Source: Malacoraja senta
Lineage: Eukaryota
Assembly (NCBI GenBank): GCA_038087875.1
Contig: JAXLNO010000432.1
Span: 1 to 57,615, forward strand
Direction of reading: 5' to 3'
Length of the DNA stretch: 57,615 nucleotides
Shown here: positions 1-13,436 of the stretch, one piece after another
Position numbering within the stretch: the stretch's first letter is position 1
Layout of the letters: each line of letters starts with the position of its first letter
Notes under the pieces: model-generated
What the model was told of the DNA's origin: nothing
Seen by the model: only the letters and a program-made list of their open reading frames with translations
The model's database searches: none
Made by a program: the position numbers and the translations under genes

Positions 1-1876
1 GGCGACCTTGTCGGATTTGTGGCGACCTTGCCGGAAATATGGCGACCTTGCCGGAAATGTGGCGACCTTGCCGGATTTGTGGCGACCTTTCCGGATTTAT
101 GGCGTCCTTGCCGGAAATGTGGCGACCTTGCCAGATTAATGGCGAACTGGACGGATTTGTGGCGACCTTGCCGGATTTATGGCGACCTTGCCGGGGATGT
201 GGCGAACTTGCCGTATTTGTGGCGACCTTGCAGGATTTATGACGACCTTGCCGCAAATGTGGTGACCTTGCCGGATTTGTGGCGACCTTGCCGAATTTAT
301 GGCTACCTTGATTGAAATGTGGCGACCTTGCCGGATTAATGGCGACCTTGTCGGATTTATGGCGACCTAGCCTGAAATGTGGCGACCTTGCCGCATTTAC
401 GGCGACCTTGCCGGATTTATGGCGACCTTGCCGTAATTGTGGCTACCTTGCCGTAATTGTGGCGACCTTGCCGGATTTAAGGCGACATTGCCGCAAATGT
501 GGCGGCCTTGACGGATTTGTGGCGACCTTGCCGGATTTATTGCGACCTTGCCGGATTTATGGCGATCTTGCCGGAAATATGCCGACCTTGCCGCATTTGT
601 CCGACCTTGCCGGATTTATGGCGATCTTGCCGGAAATATGTCGATCTTGCCGCATTTGTGGCGACCTTGCCGGATTTATTGCGACCTTGCCGGAAATATG
701 TGGACCTTGCCGCATTTGTGGCGACCTTGCCGGATTTATGGCGACCTTGCCGGAAATATGGCGACCTTGCCGCATTTGTGGCGACATTGCCGGATTTGTG
801 GCGACCTTGCCAGAAATATGCCGACCTTGCCGCATTTGTGCCGACTTTGCATGATTTATGGCGACCTTGCCGGATTTATGGCGACCTTGCCGGCAATGTG
901 GCGACCTAGCCGGACTTGTGGCGACCTTGCCGGATTCATGGCGACCTTGCCGGAAATGTGGTGACCTTGCCGGATTTATGCCGACGATGCCGGATTTATG
1001 GCGACCTTGCCGGAATGTTGCGACCTTGCTGGATTTGTGGCGACCTTGCCGAATTTATGGCTACCTTGATTGAAATGTGGCGACCTTGCCGGATTTGTCG
1101 CCACCTTGCCTGATTTGTGGCGACCTTGCCGGAAATATGGCGACCTTGTCGGATTTGTGGCGACCTTGCCGGAAATATGGCGACCTTGCCGGAAATGTGG
1201 CGACCTTGCCGGATCTGTGGCGACCTTTCCGGATTTATGGCGTCCTTGCCGGAAATGTGGCGACCTTGCCAGATTAATGGCGAACTGGACGGATTTGTGG
1301 CGACCTTGCCGGATTTATGGCGACCTTGCCGGGGATGTGGCGAACTTGCCGTATTTGTGGCGACCTTGCAGGATTTATGACGACCTTGCCGCAAATGTGG
1401 TGACCTTGCCGGATTTGTGGCGACCTTGCCGAATTTATGGCTACCTTGATTGAAATGTGGCGACCTTGCCGGATTAATGGCGACCTTGTCGGATTTATGG
1501 CGACCTTGCCGGGAATGTGGCGATCTTGCCGGATTTGAGGCCACCTTGCCGGATTTATGGCGACATTGCCGGAAATATGGCGACCTCGTCGGATTTGTGG
1601 CGACCTTGCCAGATTTATTGCGACATTGCCGGAAATGTGGCGTGCTTGCCGGATTTGTGGCGGCCTTGCCGCATTTGCGGCGACCTTGCCGGATTTATGG
1701 CGACCTTGCCGTAATTGTGGCTACCTTGCCGTAATTGTGGCGACCTTGTCGGATTTAAGGCGACATTGCCGCAAATGTGGCGACCTTGACGGATTTTTGG
1801 CGACCTTGCCGGATTTATTGCGACCTTGCCGGATTTATTGCGATCTTGCCGGAAATATGCCGACCTTGCCGCATTT

Positions 1877-2122
1877 ATAATAATAATAATAATATTTGTA
1901 TTTATATAGCATTTTTCAATCAAATCACTTGAAACCAGTGCTTTACAGAGAATTATGCATATCCATATGTTGATATCAACATATCAACATTCACACGCAG
2001 GCAAAGGTGGGTGAAGTGTCTTGCCCAAGGACACAACGACAGTATGCACTCCAAGCGGGATTCGAACCGGCTACCTTCCGGTTGCCAGCCGAACACTTAG
2101 CCCATTGCGCCATCTGTCGTCC
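1877..2122 (-). mobile_element. tRNA-derived SINE, full length, with CORE-like central motif and L2-like 3' tail ending in (ATT)n; copy 1
   Basis: The minus strand starts GGGACGACAGATGGCGCAATGG (A box, 2102-2112) and has B box GGTTCGAATCC (2058-2068). GTGTCCTTGGGCAAGACACTT (2014-2034) resembles the MIR/AFC CORE motif. The tail is GTAAAGCAC...GCTATATAAATACAAAT(ATT)n. It is flanked by a CATTT direct repeat (1872-1876, 2123-2127). Confidence 0.9.
2058..2112 (-). promoter_or_regulatory. RNA polymerase III type-2 internal promoter (A and B boxes) of SINE copy 1; an equivalent lies at ~6307-6361
   Basis: TGGCGCAATGG matches the A box (TRGCNNARYGG) and GGTTCGAATCC matches the B box (GGTTCRANNCC), with tRNA-like spacing. 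Confidence 0.8.
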
Positions 2123-5100
2123 CATTTGTCCGACCTTGCCGGATTTATGGCGATCTTGCCGGAAATATGTCGATCTTGCCGCATTTGTGGCGACCTTGCC
2201 GGATTTATTGCGACCTTGCCGGAAATATGTGGACCTTGCCGCATTTGTGGCGACCTTGCCGGATTTATGGCGACCTTGCCGGAAATATGTCGACCTTGCC
2301 GCATTTGTGGCGACATTGCCGGATTTGTGGCGACCTTGCCAGAAATATGCCGACCTTGCCGCATTTGTGCCGACTTTGCCTGATTTATGGCGACCTTGCC
2401 GGATTTATGGCGACCTTGCCGGCAATGTGGCGACCTAGCCGGACTTGTGGCGACCTTGCCGGATTCATGGCGACCTTGCCGGAAATGTGGTGACCTTGCC
2501 GGATTTATGCCGACGATGCCGGATTTATGGCGACCTTGCCGGAATATTGCGACCTTGCTGGATTTGTGGCGACCTTGCCGAATTTATGGCTACATTGATT
2601 GAAATGTGGCGACCTTGCCGGATTTGTCGCCACCTTGCCGGATTTGTGGCGACCTTGCCGGAAATATGGCGACCTTGTCGGATTTGTGGCGACCTTGCCG
2701 GAAATATGGCGACCTTGCCGGAAATGTGGCGACCTTGCCGGATTTGTGGCGACCTTTCCGGATTTATGGCGTCCTTGCCGGAAATGTGGCGACCTTGCCG
2801 GATTAATGGCGAACTGGACGGATTTGTGGCGACCTTGCCGGATTTATGGCGACCTTGCCGGGGATGTGGCGACCTTGCCGTATTTGTGGCGACCTTGCAG
2901 GATTTATGACGACCTTGCCGCAAATGTGGTGACCTTGCCGGATTTGTGGCGACCTTGCCGAATTTATGGCTACCTTGATTGAAATGTGGCGACCTTGCTG
3001 GATTAATGGCGACCTTGCCGGATTTATGGCGACGTTGTCGGAAATGCGGCGACCTTGCCTGAAATGTGGCGAACTTGACGGATTTGTGGCGACCTTGCCG
3101 GATTTATGGCGACCTTGCCGGGGATGTGGCGACCTTGCCGTTTTTGTGGCGACCTTGCAGGATTTATGGCGACCTTGCCGCAAATGTGGTGACCTTGCCG
3201 GATTTGTGGCGACCTTGCCGAATTTATGGCTACCTTGATTGAAATGTGGCGACCTTGCCGGATTTGTCGCCACCTTGCCGGATTTGTGGCGACCTTGCCG
3301 GATTTATGGCGACCTTGCCGGAAATATGGCGACATTGCCGGATATGTGGCGACCTTGCCGTAAATATGGCGACCTTGCAGGATTTTTTTGCCACCTTGAC
3401 GGATTTATGGCGACCTTGCCGGAAATATGGCGACCTTGTCGGATTTGTGGCGACCTTGGCCGATTTGTTGCGACCTTGCCGGAAATGTGGCGACCTTGCC
3501 GGATTTGTGGCGACCGTGCCGGATTTATGGCGACCTTGCCGGATTTATGGCGACCTTGCTGGAAATATGGCGACCTTGCCGGATCTGTAGCGACCTAGCC
3601 GTATTTATGGCGACCGTGCCGGAAATATGGCGACCTTGCCGGATTTGAGGCAACCTTGCCGAACATATGGCGACCTCGCCGGAATTGTGGCGACCTTGCC
3701 GGATTTATGGCGACCTTGCCGGAAATCTGGCGACCTTGCCTGAAATGTGGCGACCTTGACGGGTTTGTGGCGACCTTGCCGGATTAATGGCGACCTTGCC
3801 GGAAATGTAGCGACCATGCCGGATTTGACGCGACCTTGCCGAATTTATGGCTACCTTGCCGGAAATATGGCGACCTTGCCGCATTTGTGGCGACATTGCC
3901 GGATTTGTGGCGACCTTGCCAGAAATATGCCGACCTTGCCGCATTTGTGCCGACTTTGCATGATTTATGGCGACCTTGCCGGATTTATGGCGACCTTGCC
4001 GGCAATGTGGCGACCTAGCCGGACTTGTGGCGACCTTGCCGGATTCATGGCGACCTTGCCGGAAATGTGGTGACCTTGCCGGATTTATGCCGACGATGCC
4101 GGATTTATGGCGACCTTGCCGGAATGTTGCGACCTTGCTGGATTTGTGGCGACCTTGCCGAATTTATGGCTACCTTGATTGAAATGTGGCGACCTTGCCG
4201 GATTTGTCGCCACCTTGCCGGATTTGTGGCGACCTTGCCGGAAATATGGCGACCTTGTCGGATTTGTGGCGACCTTGCCGGAAATATGGCGACCTTGCCG
4301 GAAATGTGGCGACCTTGCCGGATTTGTGGCGACCTTTCCGGATTTATGGCGTCCTTGCCGGAAATGTGGCGACCTTGCCAGATTAATGGCGAACTGGACG
4401 GATTTGTGGCGACCTTGCCGGATTTATGGCGACCTTGCCGGGGATGTGGCGAACTTGCCGTATTTGTGGCGACCTTGCAGGATTTATGACGACCTTGCCG
4501 CAAATGTGGTGACCTTGCCGGATTTGTGGCGACCTTGCCGAATTTATGGCTACCTTGATTGAAATGTGGCGACCTTGCCGGATTAATGGCGACCTTGTCG
4601 GATTTATGGCGACCTAGCCTGAAATGTGGCGACCTTGCCGCATTTACGGCGACCTTGCCGGATTTATGGCGACCTTGCCGTAATTGTGGCTACCTTGCCG
4701 TAATTGTGGCGACCTTGCCGGATTTAAGGCGACATTGCCGCAAATGTGGCGACCTTGACGGATTTGTGGCGACCTTGCCGGATTTATTGCGACCTTGCCG
4801 GATTTATGGCGATCTTGCCGGAAATATGCCGACCTTGCCGCATTTGTCCGACCTTGCCGGATTTATGGCGATCTTGCCGGAAATATGTCGATCTTGCCGC
4901 ATTTGTGGCGACCTTGCCGGATTTATTGCGACCTTGCCGGAAATATGTGGACCTTGCCGCATTTGTGGCGACCTTGCCGGATTTATGGCGACCTTGCCGG
5001 AAATATGGCGACCTTGCCGCATTTGTGGCGACATTGCCGGATTTGTGGCGACCTTGCCAGAAATATGCCGACCTTGCCGCATTTGTGCCGACTTTGCATG

Positions 5101-6123
5101 ATTTATGGCGACCTTGCCGGATTTATGGCGACCTTGCCGGCAATGTGGCGACCTAGCCGGACTTGTGGCGACCTTGCCGGATTCATGGCGACCTTGCCGG
5201 AAATGTGGTGACCTTGCCGGATTTATGCCGACGATGCCGGATTTATGGCGACCTTGCCGGAATGTTGCGACCTTGCTGGATTTGTGGCGACCTTGCCGAA
5301 TTTATGGCTACCTTGATTGAAATGTGGCGACCTTGCCGGATTTGTCGCCACCTTGCCGGATTTGTGGCGACCTTGCCGGAAATATGGCGACCTTGTCGGA
5401 TTTGTGGCGACCTTGCCGGAAATATGGCGACCTTGCCGGAAATGTGGCGACCTTGCCGGATCTGTGGCGACCTTTCCGGATTTATGGCGTCCTTGCCGGA
5501 AATGTGGCGACCTTGCCAGATTAATGGCGAACTGGACGGATTTGTGGCGACCTTGCCGGATTTATGGCGACCTTGCCGGGGATGTGGCGAACTTGCCGTA
5601 TTTGTGGCGACCTTGCAGGATTTATGACGACCTTGCCGCAAATGTGGTGACCTTGCCGGATTTGTGGCGACCTTGCCGAATTTATGGCTACCTTGATTGA
5701 AATGTGGCGACCTTGCCGGATTAATGGCGACCTTGTCGGATTTATGGCGACCTTGCCGGGAATGTGGCGATCTTGCCGGATTTGAGGCCACCTTGCCGGA
5801 TTTATGGCGACATTGCCGGAAATATGGCGACCTCGTCGGATTTGTGGCGACCTTGCCAGATTTATTGCGACATTGCCGGAAATGTGGCGTGCTTGCCGGA
5901 TTTGTGGCGGCCTTGCCGTATTTGCGGCGACCTTGCCGGATTTATGGCGACCTTGCCGTAATTGTGGCTACCTTGCCGTAATTGTGGCGACCTTGTCGGA
6001 TTTAAGGCGACATTGCCGCAAATGTGGCGACCTTGACGGATTTTTGGCGACCTTGCCGGATTTATTGCGACCTTGCCGGATTTATTGCGATCTTGCCGGA
6101 AATATGCCGACCTTGCCGCATTT

Positions 6124-6371
6124 ATAATAATAATAATAATATTTGTATTTATATAGCATTTTTCAATCAAATCACTTGAAACCAAAGTGCTTTACAGAGA
6201 ATTATGCATATCCATATGTTGATATCAACATATCAACATTCACACGCAGGCAAAGGTGGGTGAAGTGTCTTGCCCAAGGACACAACGACAGTATGCACTC
6301 CAAGCGGGATTCGAACCGGCTACCTTCCGGTTGCCAGCCGAACACTTAGCCCATTGCGCCATCTGTCGTCC
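6124..6371 (-). mobile_element. tRNA-derived SINE, copy 2 (passively duplicated in the 4.25-kb unit)
   Basis: Same sequence and flanks as 1877-2122, except a 2-bp indel (gaaaccaaagtg vs gaaaccagtg). CATTT lies at 6119-6123 and 6372-6376. Confidence 0.9.
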
Positions 6372-8479
6372 CATTTGTCCGACCTTGCCGGATTTATGGC
6401 GATCTTGCCGGAAATATGTCGATCTTGCCGCATTTGTGGCGACCTTGCCGGATTTATTGCGACCTTGCCGGAAATATGTGGACCTTGCCGCATTTGTGGC
6501 GACCTTGCCGGATTTATGGCGACCTTGCCGGAAATATGTCGACCTTGCCGCATTTGTGGCGACATTGCCGGATTTGTGGCGACCTTGCCAGAAATATGCC
6601 GACCTTGCCGCATTTGTGCCGACTTTGCCTGATTTATGGCGACCTTGCCGGATTTATGGCGACCTTGCCGGCAATGTGGCGACCTAGCCGGACTTGTGGC
6701 GACCTTGCCGGATTCATGGCGACCTTGCCGGAAATGTGGTGACCTTGCCGGATTTATGCCGACGATGCCTGATTTATGGCGACCTTGCCGGAATATTGCG
6801 ACCTTGCTGGATTTGTGGCGACCTTGCCGAATTTATGGCTACCTTGATTGAAATGTGGCGACCTTGCCGGATTTGTCGCCACCTTGCCGGATTTGTGGCG
6901 ACCTTGCCGGAAATATGGCGACCTTGTCGGATTTGTGGCGACCTTGCCGGAAATATGGCGACCTTGCCGGAAATGTGGCGACCTTGCCGGATTTGTGGCG
7001 ACCTTTCCGGATTTATGGCGTCCTTGCCGGAAATGTGGCGACCTTGCCGGATTAATGGCGAACTGGACGGATTTGTGGCGACCTTGCCGGATTTATGGCG
7101 ACCTTGCCGGGGATGTGGCGACCTTGCCGTATTTGTGGCGACCTTGCAGGATTTATGACGACCTTGCCGCAAATGTGGTGACCTTGCCGGATTTGTGGCG
7201 ACCTTGCCGAATTTATGGCTACCTTGATTGAAATGTGGCGACCTTGCTGGATTAATGGCGACCTTGCCGGATTTATGGCGACGTTGTCGGAAATGCGGCG
7301 ACCTTGCCTGAAATGTGGCGAACTTGACGGATTTGTGGCGACCTTGCCGGATTTATGGCGACCTTGCCGGGGATGTGGCGACCTTGCCGTTTTTGTGGCG
7401 ACCTTGCAGGATTTATGGCGACCTTGCCGCAAATGTGGTGACCTTGCCGGATTTGTGGCGACCTTGCCGAATTTATGGCTACCTTGATTGAAATGTGGCG
7501 ACCTTGCCGGATTTGTCGCCACCTTGCCGGATTTGTGGCGACCTTGCCGGATTTATGGCGACCTTGCCGGAAATATGGCGACATTGCCGGATATGTGGCG
7601 ACCTTGCCGTAAATATGGCGACCTTGCAGGATTTTTTTGCCACCTTGACGGATTTATGGCGACCTTGCCGGAAATATGGCGACCTTGTCGGATTTGTGGC
7701 GACCTTGGCCGATTTGTTGCGACCTTGCCGGAAATGTGGCGACCTTGCCGGATTTGTGGCGACCGTGCCGGATTTATGGCGACCTTGCCGGATTTATGGC
7801 GACCTTGCTGGAAATATGGCGACCTTGCCGGATCTGTAGCGACCTAGCCGTATTTATGGCGACCGTGCCGGAAATATGGCGACCTTGCCGGATTTGAGGC
7901 AACCTTGCCGAAAATATGGCGACCTCGCCGGAATTGTGGCGACCTTGCCGGATTTATGGCGACCTTGCCGGAAATCTGGCGACCTTGCCTGAAATGTGGC
8001 GACCTTGACGGGTTTGTGGCGACCTTGCCGGATTAATGGCGACCTTGCCGGAAATGTAGCGACCATGCCGGATTTGACGCGACCTTGCCGAATTTATGGC
8101 TACCTTGATTTAAATGTGGCGAACTTCCCGGATTTGTGGCGACCATTGCCGGATTTATGGCGACCTTGCTGGAAATATGGCGACCTTGCCCGATTTGTGG
8201 CGACCTAGCCGTATTTATGGCGACCGTGCCGGAAATAAGGCGACCTTGCCGAATTTGAGGCAACCTTGCCGAAAATATGGCGACCTTGCCTGATTTATGG
8301 TGTCCCAGCCGGTTTTATGGTGACCGTGCCGGAAATACGGCGACCTTGCCTGATTTATGGCGACGTTGCGGATTTATGCCGATTTTACCGGATTTATGGT
8401 GACCTTGACGGAAATATAGCGACCTCGCCGGAATTATGGCGAACTTGCCGGATTTATGGCGACCTTGCCGGAAATATGG

Positions 8480-9990
8480 CGACCTTGCCGGATTTATAGC
8501 GACCTTGCCGGATTTATGGCGACCTTGCCGTGAATATTGCGACCTCTCCGGGTTTATGGCGACCTTACCGGATGTATGGCGACCTTGCCAGAAATATGGC
8601 GACCTCTCCGGATTTATGGCGACCTTGTGGGATTTGAGGCGATCTTGCCGGAAATATGGCGACCTCGCCTTATTTAAAGCGACCTTCCCGGTTTGCGGCG
8701 ACCTTGCCGGATTTATGGCGACCTTGCCGGATTTGAGGCCACCTTGCCGGATTTACGTCCACCTCGCCGGAAATATGGCGTTCTAGCCGGATTTGAGGCC
8801 ACCTTGCCGGATTTATGGCGACATTGCCGGAAATATGGCGACTTTCCCTGATTTGTTGCGACGTTGCCGGAATTCTGGCGAACATGCCGGGAATATGGCG
8901 ACCTTGCCGGATTTGTGGCGACCTTGCCGGAATTATGGCGATGTTGTCGGAAATATGGCGACCTTGCCGGATTTGTGGCGACCTTGACGGAAATATGGCG
9001 ACCTTGCCGGATTTGTGGCGCCCTTGCTGGATTTATGGCGACCTTGACGGAAATATGGCAAACTTGCCGGGTTTGTGGCGACCTTGCGGGATTTATGGCG
9101 ACCTTGCGGGATTTATGGCGACCTTGCGGGATTTGTGGCGGCCTTGCCGGATTCATGGCGAACTTGCCGGAAATAGGCGACTGCCGGATTTGTGGCGACC
9201 TTCCGTGATTTGTGGCGACCTTGCCGGATTTATGGCGACCTTGCCGGATTTATAGCGACCTTGCCGGATTTATGGCGACCTTGCCGTGAATATTGCGACC
9301 TCTCCGGGTTTATGGCGACCTTACCGGATGTATGGCGACCTTGCCAGAAATATGGCGCCCTCTCCGGATTTATGGCGACCTTGTGGGATTTGTGGCGATC
9401 TTGCCGGAAATATGGCGACCTCGCCTTATTTAAAGCGACCTTCCCGGTTTGCGGCGACCTTGCCGGATTTATGGCGACCTTGCCGGATTTGAGGCCACCT
9501 TGCCGGATTTACGTACACCTCGCCGGAAATATGGCGATCTAGCCGGATTTGAGGCCACCTTGCCGGATTTATGGCGACATTGCCGGAAATATGGCGACCT
9601 TCCCTGATTTGTTGCGACGTTGCCGGAATTCTGGCGACCATGCCGGGAATATGGCGACCTTGCCGGATTTGTGGCGACCTTGCCGGAATTATGGCGATGT
9701 TGTCGGAAATATGGCGACCTTGCCGGATTTGTGGCGACCTTGACGGAAATATGGCGACCTTGCCGGATTTGTGGCGCCCTTGCTGGATTTATGGCGACCT
9801 TGACGGAAATATGGCGAGCTTGCCGGGTTTGTGGCGACCTTGCGGGATTTATGGCGACCTTGCGGGATTTATGGCGACCTTGCGGGATTTGTGGCGGCCT
9901 TGCCGGATTCATGGCGAACTTGCCGGAAATAGGCGACTGCCGGATTTGTGGCGACCTTCCCTGATTTGTGGCGACCTTGCCGGATTTATG
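8480..9990 (+). repeat. 756-bp tandem duplication of a more diverged monomer block (boundaries approximate)
   Basis: ORF pairs 8670/9426, 8713/9469 and 8864/9620 are all offset by 756. The copies share rare variants such as tatttaaagcgacc. Confidence 0.85.
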
Positions 9991-12900
9991 GCGACCTCGC
10001 CGGATTTATGGCGACCTTGCCGGAAATATGGCGACCTTGCCGCATTTGTGGCGACCTTGCCGGATTTATGGCGACCTTGCCGGAAATATGGCGACCTTGC
10101 CGTATTTGTGGCGACCTTGCCGGATTTATGGAGACCTTGCCGGAAATATGCCGACTTTGACGCATTTGTGCCGACCATGCCGGATTATGGCGACCTTGCC
10201 GGTAATATGTCGATCTTGCCGCATTTGTGGCTTCCTTGCCGGATTTATTGCGACCTTGCCGGAAATATGTGCACCTTGCCGCATTTGTGGCGACCTTGCC
10301 TGATTTATGGCGACCTTGCCGGAAATATGGCGACCTTGCCGCATTTGTGGCGACATTGCCGGATTTGTGGCGACCTTGCCGGATTTATGGCGACCTTGCC
10401 GGGAAAGTGGCGATCTTGCCGGATTTGTGGCCACCTTGCCGGATTATAGCGACCTCGCCGGAAATATGGCGACCTAGCCGGATTTGAGGCCACCTTGCCG
10501 GATTTATGGCGACATTGCCGGAAATATGGCGTCCTCGTCGGATTTGTGGCGACCTTGCCAGATTTATTGCGACCTTCCCGGATTTGTGGCGGCCTTGCCG
10601 GATTTATGGCGACCTTGCCGGAAATGTGGCGACCTTGCCGGATTTGTGGCGACCTTGCCGGATTTATGGCGACCTTGCCGGGAATGTGGCGACCTTGACG
10701 GATTTATTACGACTTTCCCGGATTAATGGCGACCTAGCCTGAAATGTGGCGACCTTGCCGCATTTGCGGCGACCTTGACGGATTTATGTCGACCTTGCCG
10801 TAATTGTGGCTACGTTGCCGTAATTGTGACGACCTTGCCGGATTTAAGGCGACATTGCCGCAAATGTGGCGACCTTGACGGATTTGTGGCGACCTTGCCG
10901 GATTTATTGCGACCTTGCCGGATTTATGGCGACCTTGCCGGAAATATGCCGACCTTGCCGCATTTGTCCGACCTTGCCGGATTTATGGCGATCTTGCCGG
11001 AAATATGTCGATCTTGCCGCATTTGTGGCGAACTTGCCGGATTTATTGCGACCTTGCCGGAAATATGTGGACCTTGCCGCATTTGTGGCGACCTTGCCGG
11101 ATTTATGGCGACCTTGCCGGAAATATGCCGACCTTGCCGCATTTGTGCCGACTTTGCCTGATTTATGGCGACGTTGCCGGATTTATGGCGACCTAGCCGG
11201 ACTTGTGGCGACCTTGCCGGATTCACGGCGACCTTGCCGGAAATGTGGTGACCTTGCCGGATTTATGGCGACGATGCCGGATTTATGGCGACCTTGCCGG
11301 AATGTTGCGACCTTGCTGGATTTGTGGCGACCTTGCCGAATTTATGGCTACCTTGATTGAAATGTGGCGACCTTGCCGGATTTGTCGCCACCTTGCCGGA
11401 TTTGTGGCGACCTGGCCGGAAATATGGCGACCTTGTCGGATTTGTGGCGACCTTGCCGGAAATATGGCGACCTTGCCGGAAATGTGGCGACCTTGCCGGA
11501 TTTGTGGCGACCTTTCCGGATTTATGGCGTCCTTGCCGGAAATGTGGCGACCTTGCCGGATTAATGGCGACCTTGTCGGATTTGTGACGACCTTGCCGGA
11601 TTTATGGCGACGTTGTCGGAAATGCGGCGACGTTGCCTGAAATGTGGCGAACTTGACGGATTTGTGGCGACCTTGCCGGATTTATGGCGACCTTGCCGGG
11701 GATGTGGCGACCTTGCCGTGTTTGTGGCGACCTTGCAGGATTTATGACGAGCTTGCCGCAAATGTGGTGACCTTGCCGGCTTTGTGGCGACCTTGCCGTA
11801 TTTATGGCTACCTTGATTGAAATGTGGCGACCTTGCCGGATTTGTCGCCACCTTGCCGGATTTGTGTCGACATTGCCGGATTTATGGCGACCTTGCCGGA
11901 AATATGGCGACATTGCCGGATATGTGGCGACCTTGCCGGAAATATGGCGAGCTTGCCGGATTTTTTGCGACCTTGACGGATTTATGGCGACCTTGCCGGA
12001 AATATGACTACCTTGCCGGATTTGTTGCGACTTTGCCGTATTCATGGCGACCTTGCCGGAAATATGGCGACCTTGTCGGATTTGTGGCGACCATGGCCGA
12101 TTTGTTGCGACCTTGCCGGATTTATGGCGACCTTGCCGGAAATGTGGTGACCTTGCCGGATTTATGGCGACCTTGTCGGATTTGTGGCGGCCTTGCCGGA
12201 TTTATGGCGACCTTGCCGGAAATCTGGCGACCTTGCCTGAAATGTGGCGACCTTGACGGATTTCTGGCGACCTTGCCGGATTTATGGCGACCTTGCCGGG
12301 GATGTGGCGACCATCCAGGATTTGTGGCGACCTTGTCAGATTTATGGCGACCTGGCCGGAATTTTGGCGACCTTTCCGTATTTGTGGCGACCTTAACGGA
12401 TTTATGGCGACCTTGCCGCAAATGTGGCGACCTTGCCGGATTTGTGGCGACCTTGCCTGATTTATGGCGACCTTGCGGGATTTGTGGCGACCTTGCCGGA
12501 TTTATGGCGACCTTGCCGGAAATGTGGCGACGTAGCCGTATTTATGGCGACCGTGCCGGAAATAAGGCGACCTTGACGAATATGAGGCAACCTTGCCGAA
12601 AATATGGCGACCTTGCCTGATTTATGGCGTCCCAGCCGGTTTTATGGTGAGCGTGCCGGAAATACGGCGACCTTGCCGGATTTAAGTCGACTTTGCGGAT
12701 TTATGCCGATCTTGCCGGATTTATGGCGACTTTGCCGGATTTATGGGGACCTTGCCGGGAATATGGCGACCTTGCTGCATTTGTGGCGACCTTGGCGGAT
12801 TTATGGCGACCTTGCCGGAAATGTGGTGACCTTGCCGGATTTATGGCGACCTTGTCGGATTTGTGGCGGCCTTGCCGGATTTATGGCGACCTTGCCGGAA

Positions 12901-13436
12901 ATCTGGCGACCTTGCCTGAAATGTGGCGACCTTGACGGATTTCTGGCGACCTTGCCAGATTTATGGCGACCTTGCCGGGGATGTGCCGACCATCCAGGAT
13001 TTGTGGCGACCTTGTCAGATTTCTGGCTACCTGGCCGGAATTGTGGCGACCTTTCCGTATTTGCGGCGACCTTAACGGATTTATGGCGACCTTGCCGCAA
13101 ATGTGGCGACCTTGCCGCATTTGTGCCGACTTTGCCTGATTTATGGCGAACTTGCCGGATTCATGGCGACCCTGCCGGCAATGTGGCGACCTAGCCGGAC
13201 TTGTGGCGACCTTGCCGGATTCATGGCGACCTTGCTGGATTTGTGGCGACCTTGCCGAAGTTATGGCTAACTTGATTGAAATGTGGCGACCTTGCCGGAT
13301 TTGTCGCCACCTTGCCGGATTTGTGGCGACCTTGCCGGATTTATGGCGACCTTGCCGGAAATATGGCGACCTTGTCGGATTTGTGGCGACCTTGCCGGAA
13401 ATATGGCGACCTTGCCGGAAATGTGGCGACCTTGCC

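Larger units (their letters stand above)
1..8107 (+). repeat. ~4.25-kb higher-order tandem duplication (1-3858 ~ 4248-8107), SINE-bearing
   Basis: Variant order and the SINE recur at offset 4,247-4,249 (ORFs 312 vs 4559, 2007 vs 6256, 3239 vs 7488). Confidence 0.92.

Noticed and set aside
61..100. RFX X-box-like half sites (TTGCC...GGCGAC) in every monomer
   Set aside because: The spacer is 8 bp versus 0-3 in canonical X boxes, and nothing supports binding.
2045..2122. tRNA gene on the minus strand
   Set aside because: It has A/B boxes but no convincing acceptor stem. It is followed by a CORE-like body and LINE-like tail and flanked by a TSD, so it is a SINE head.
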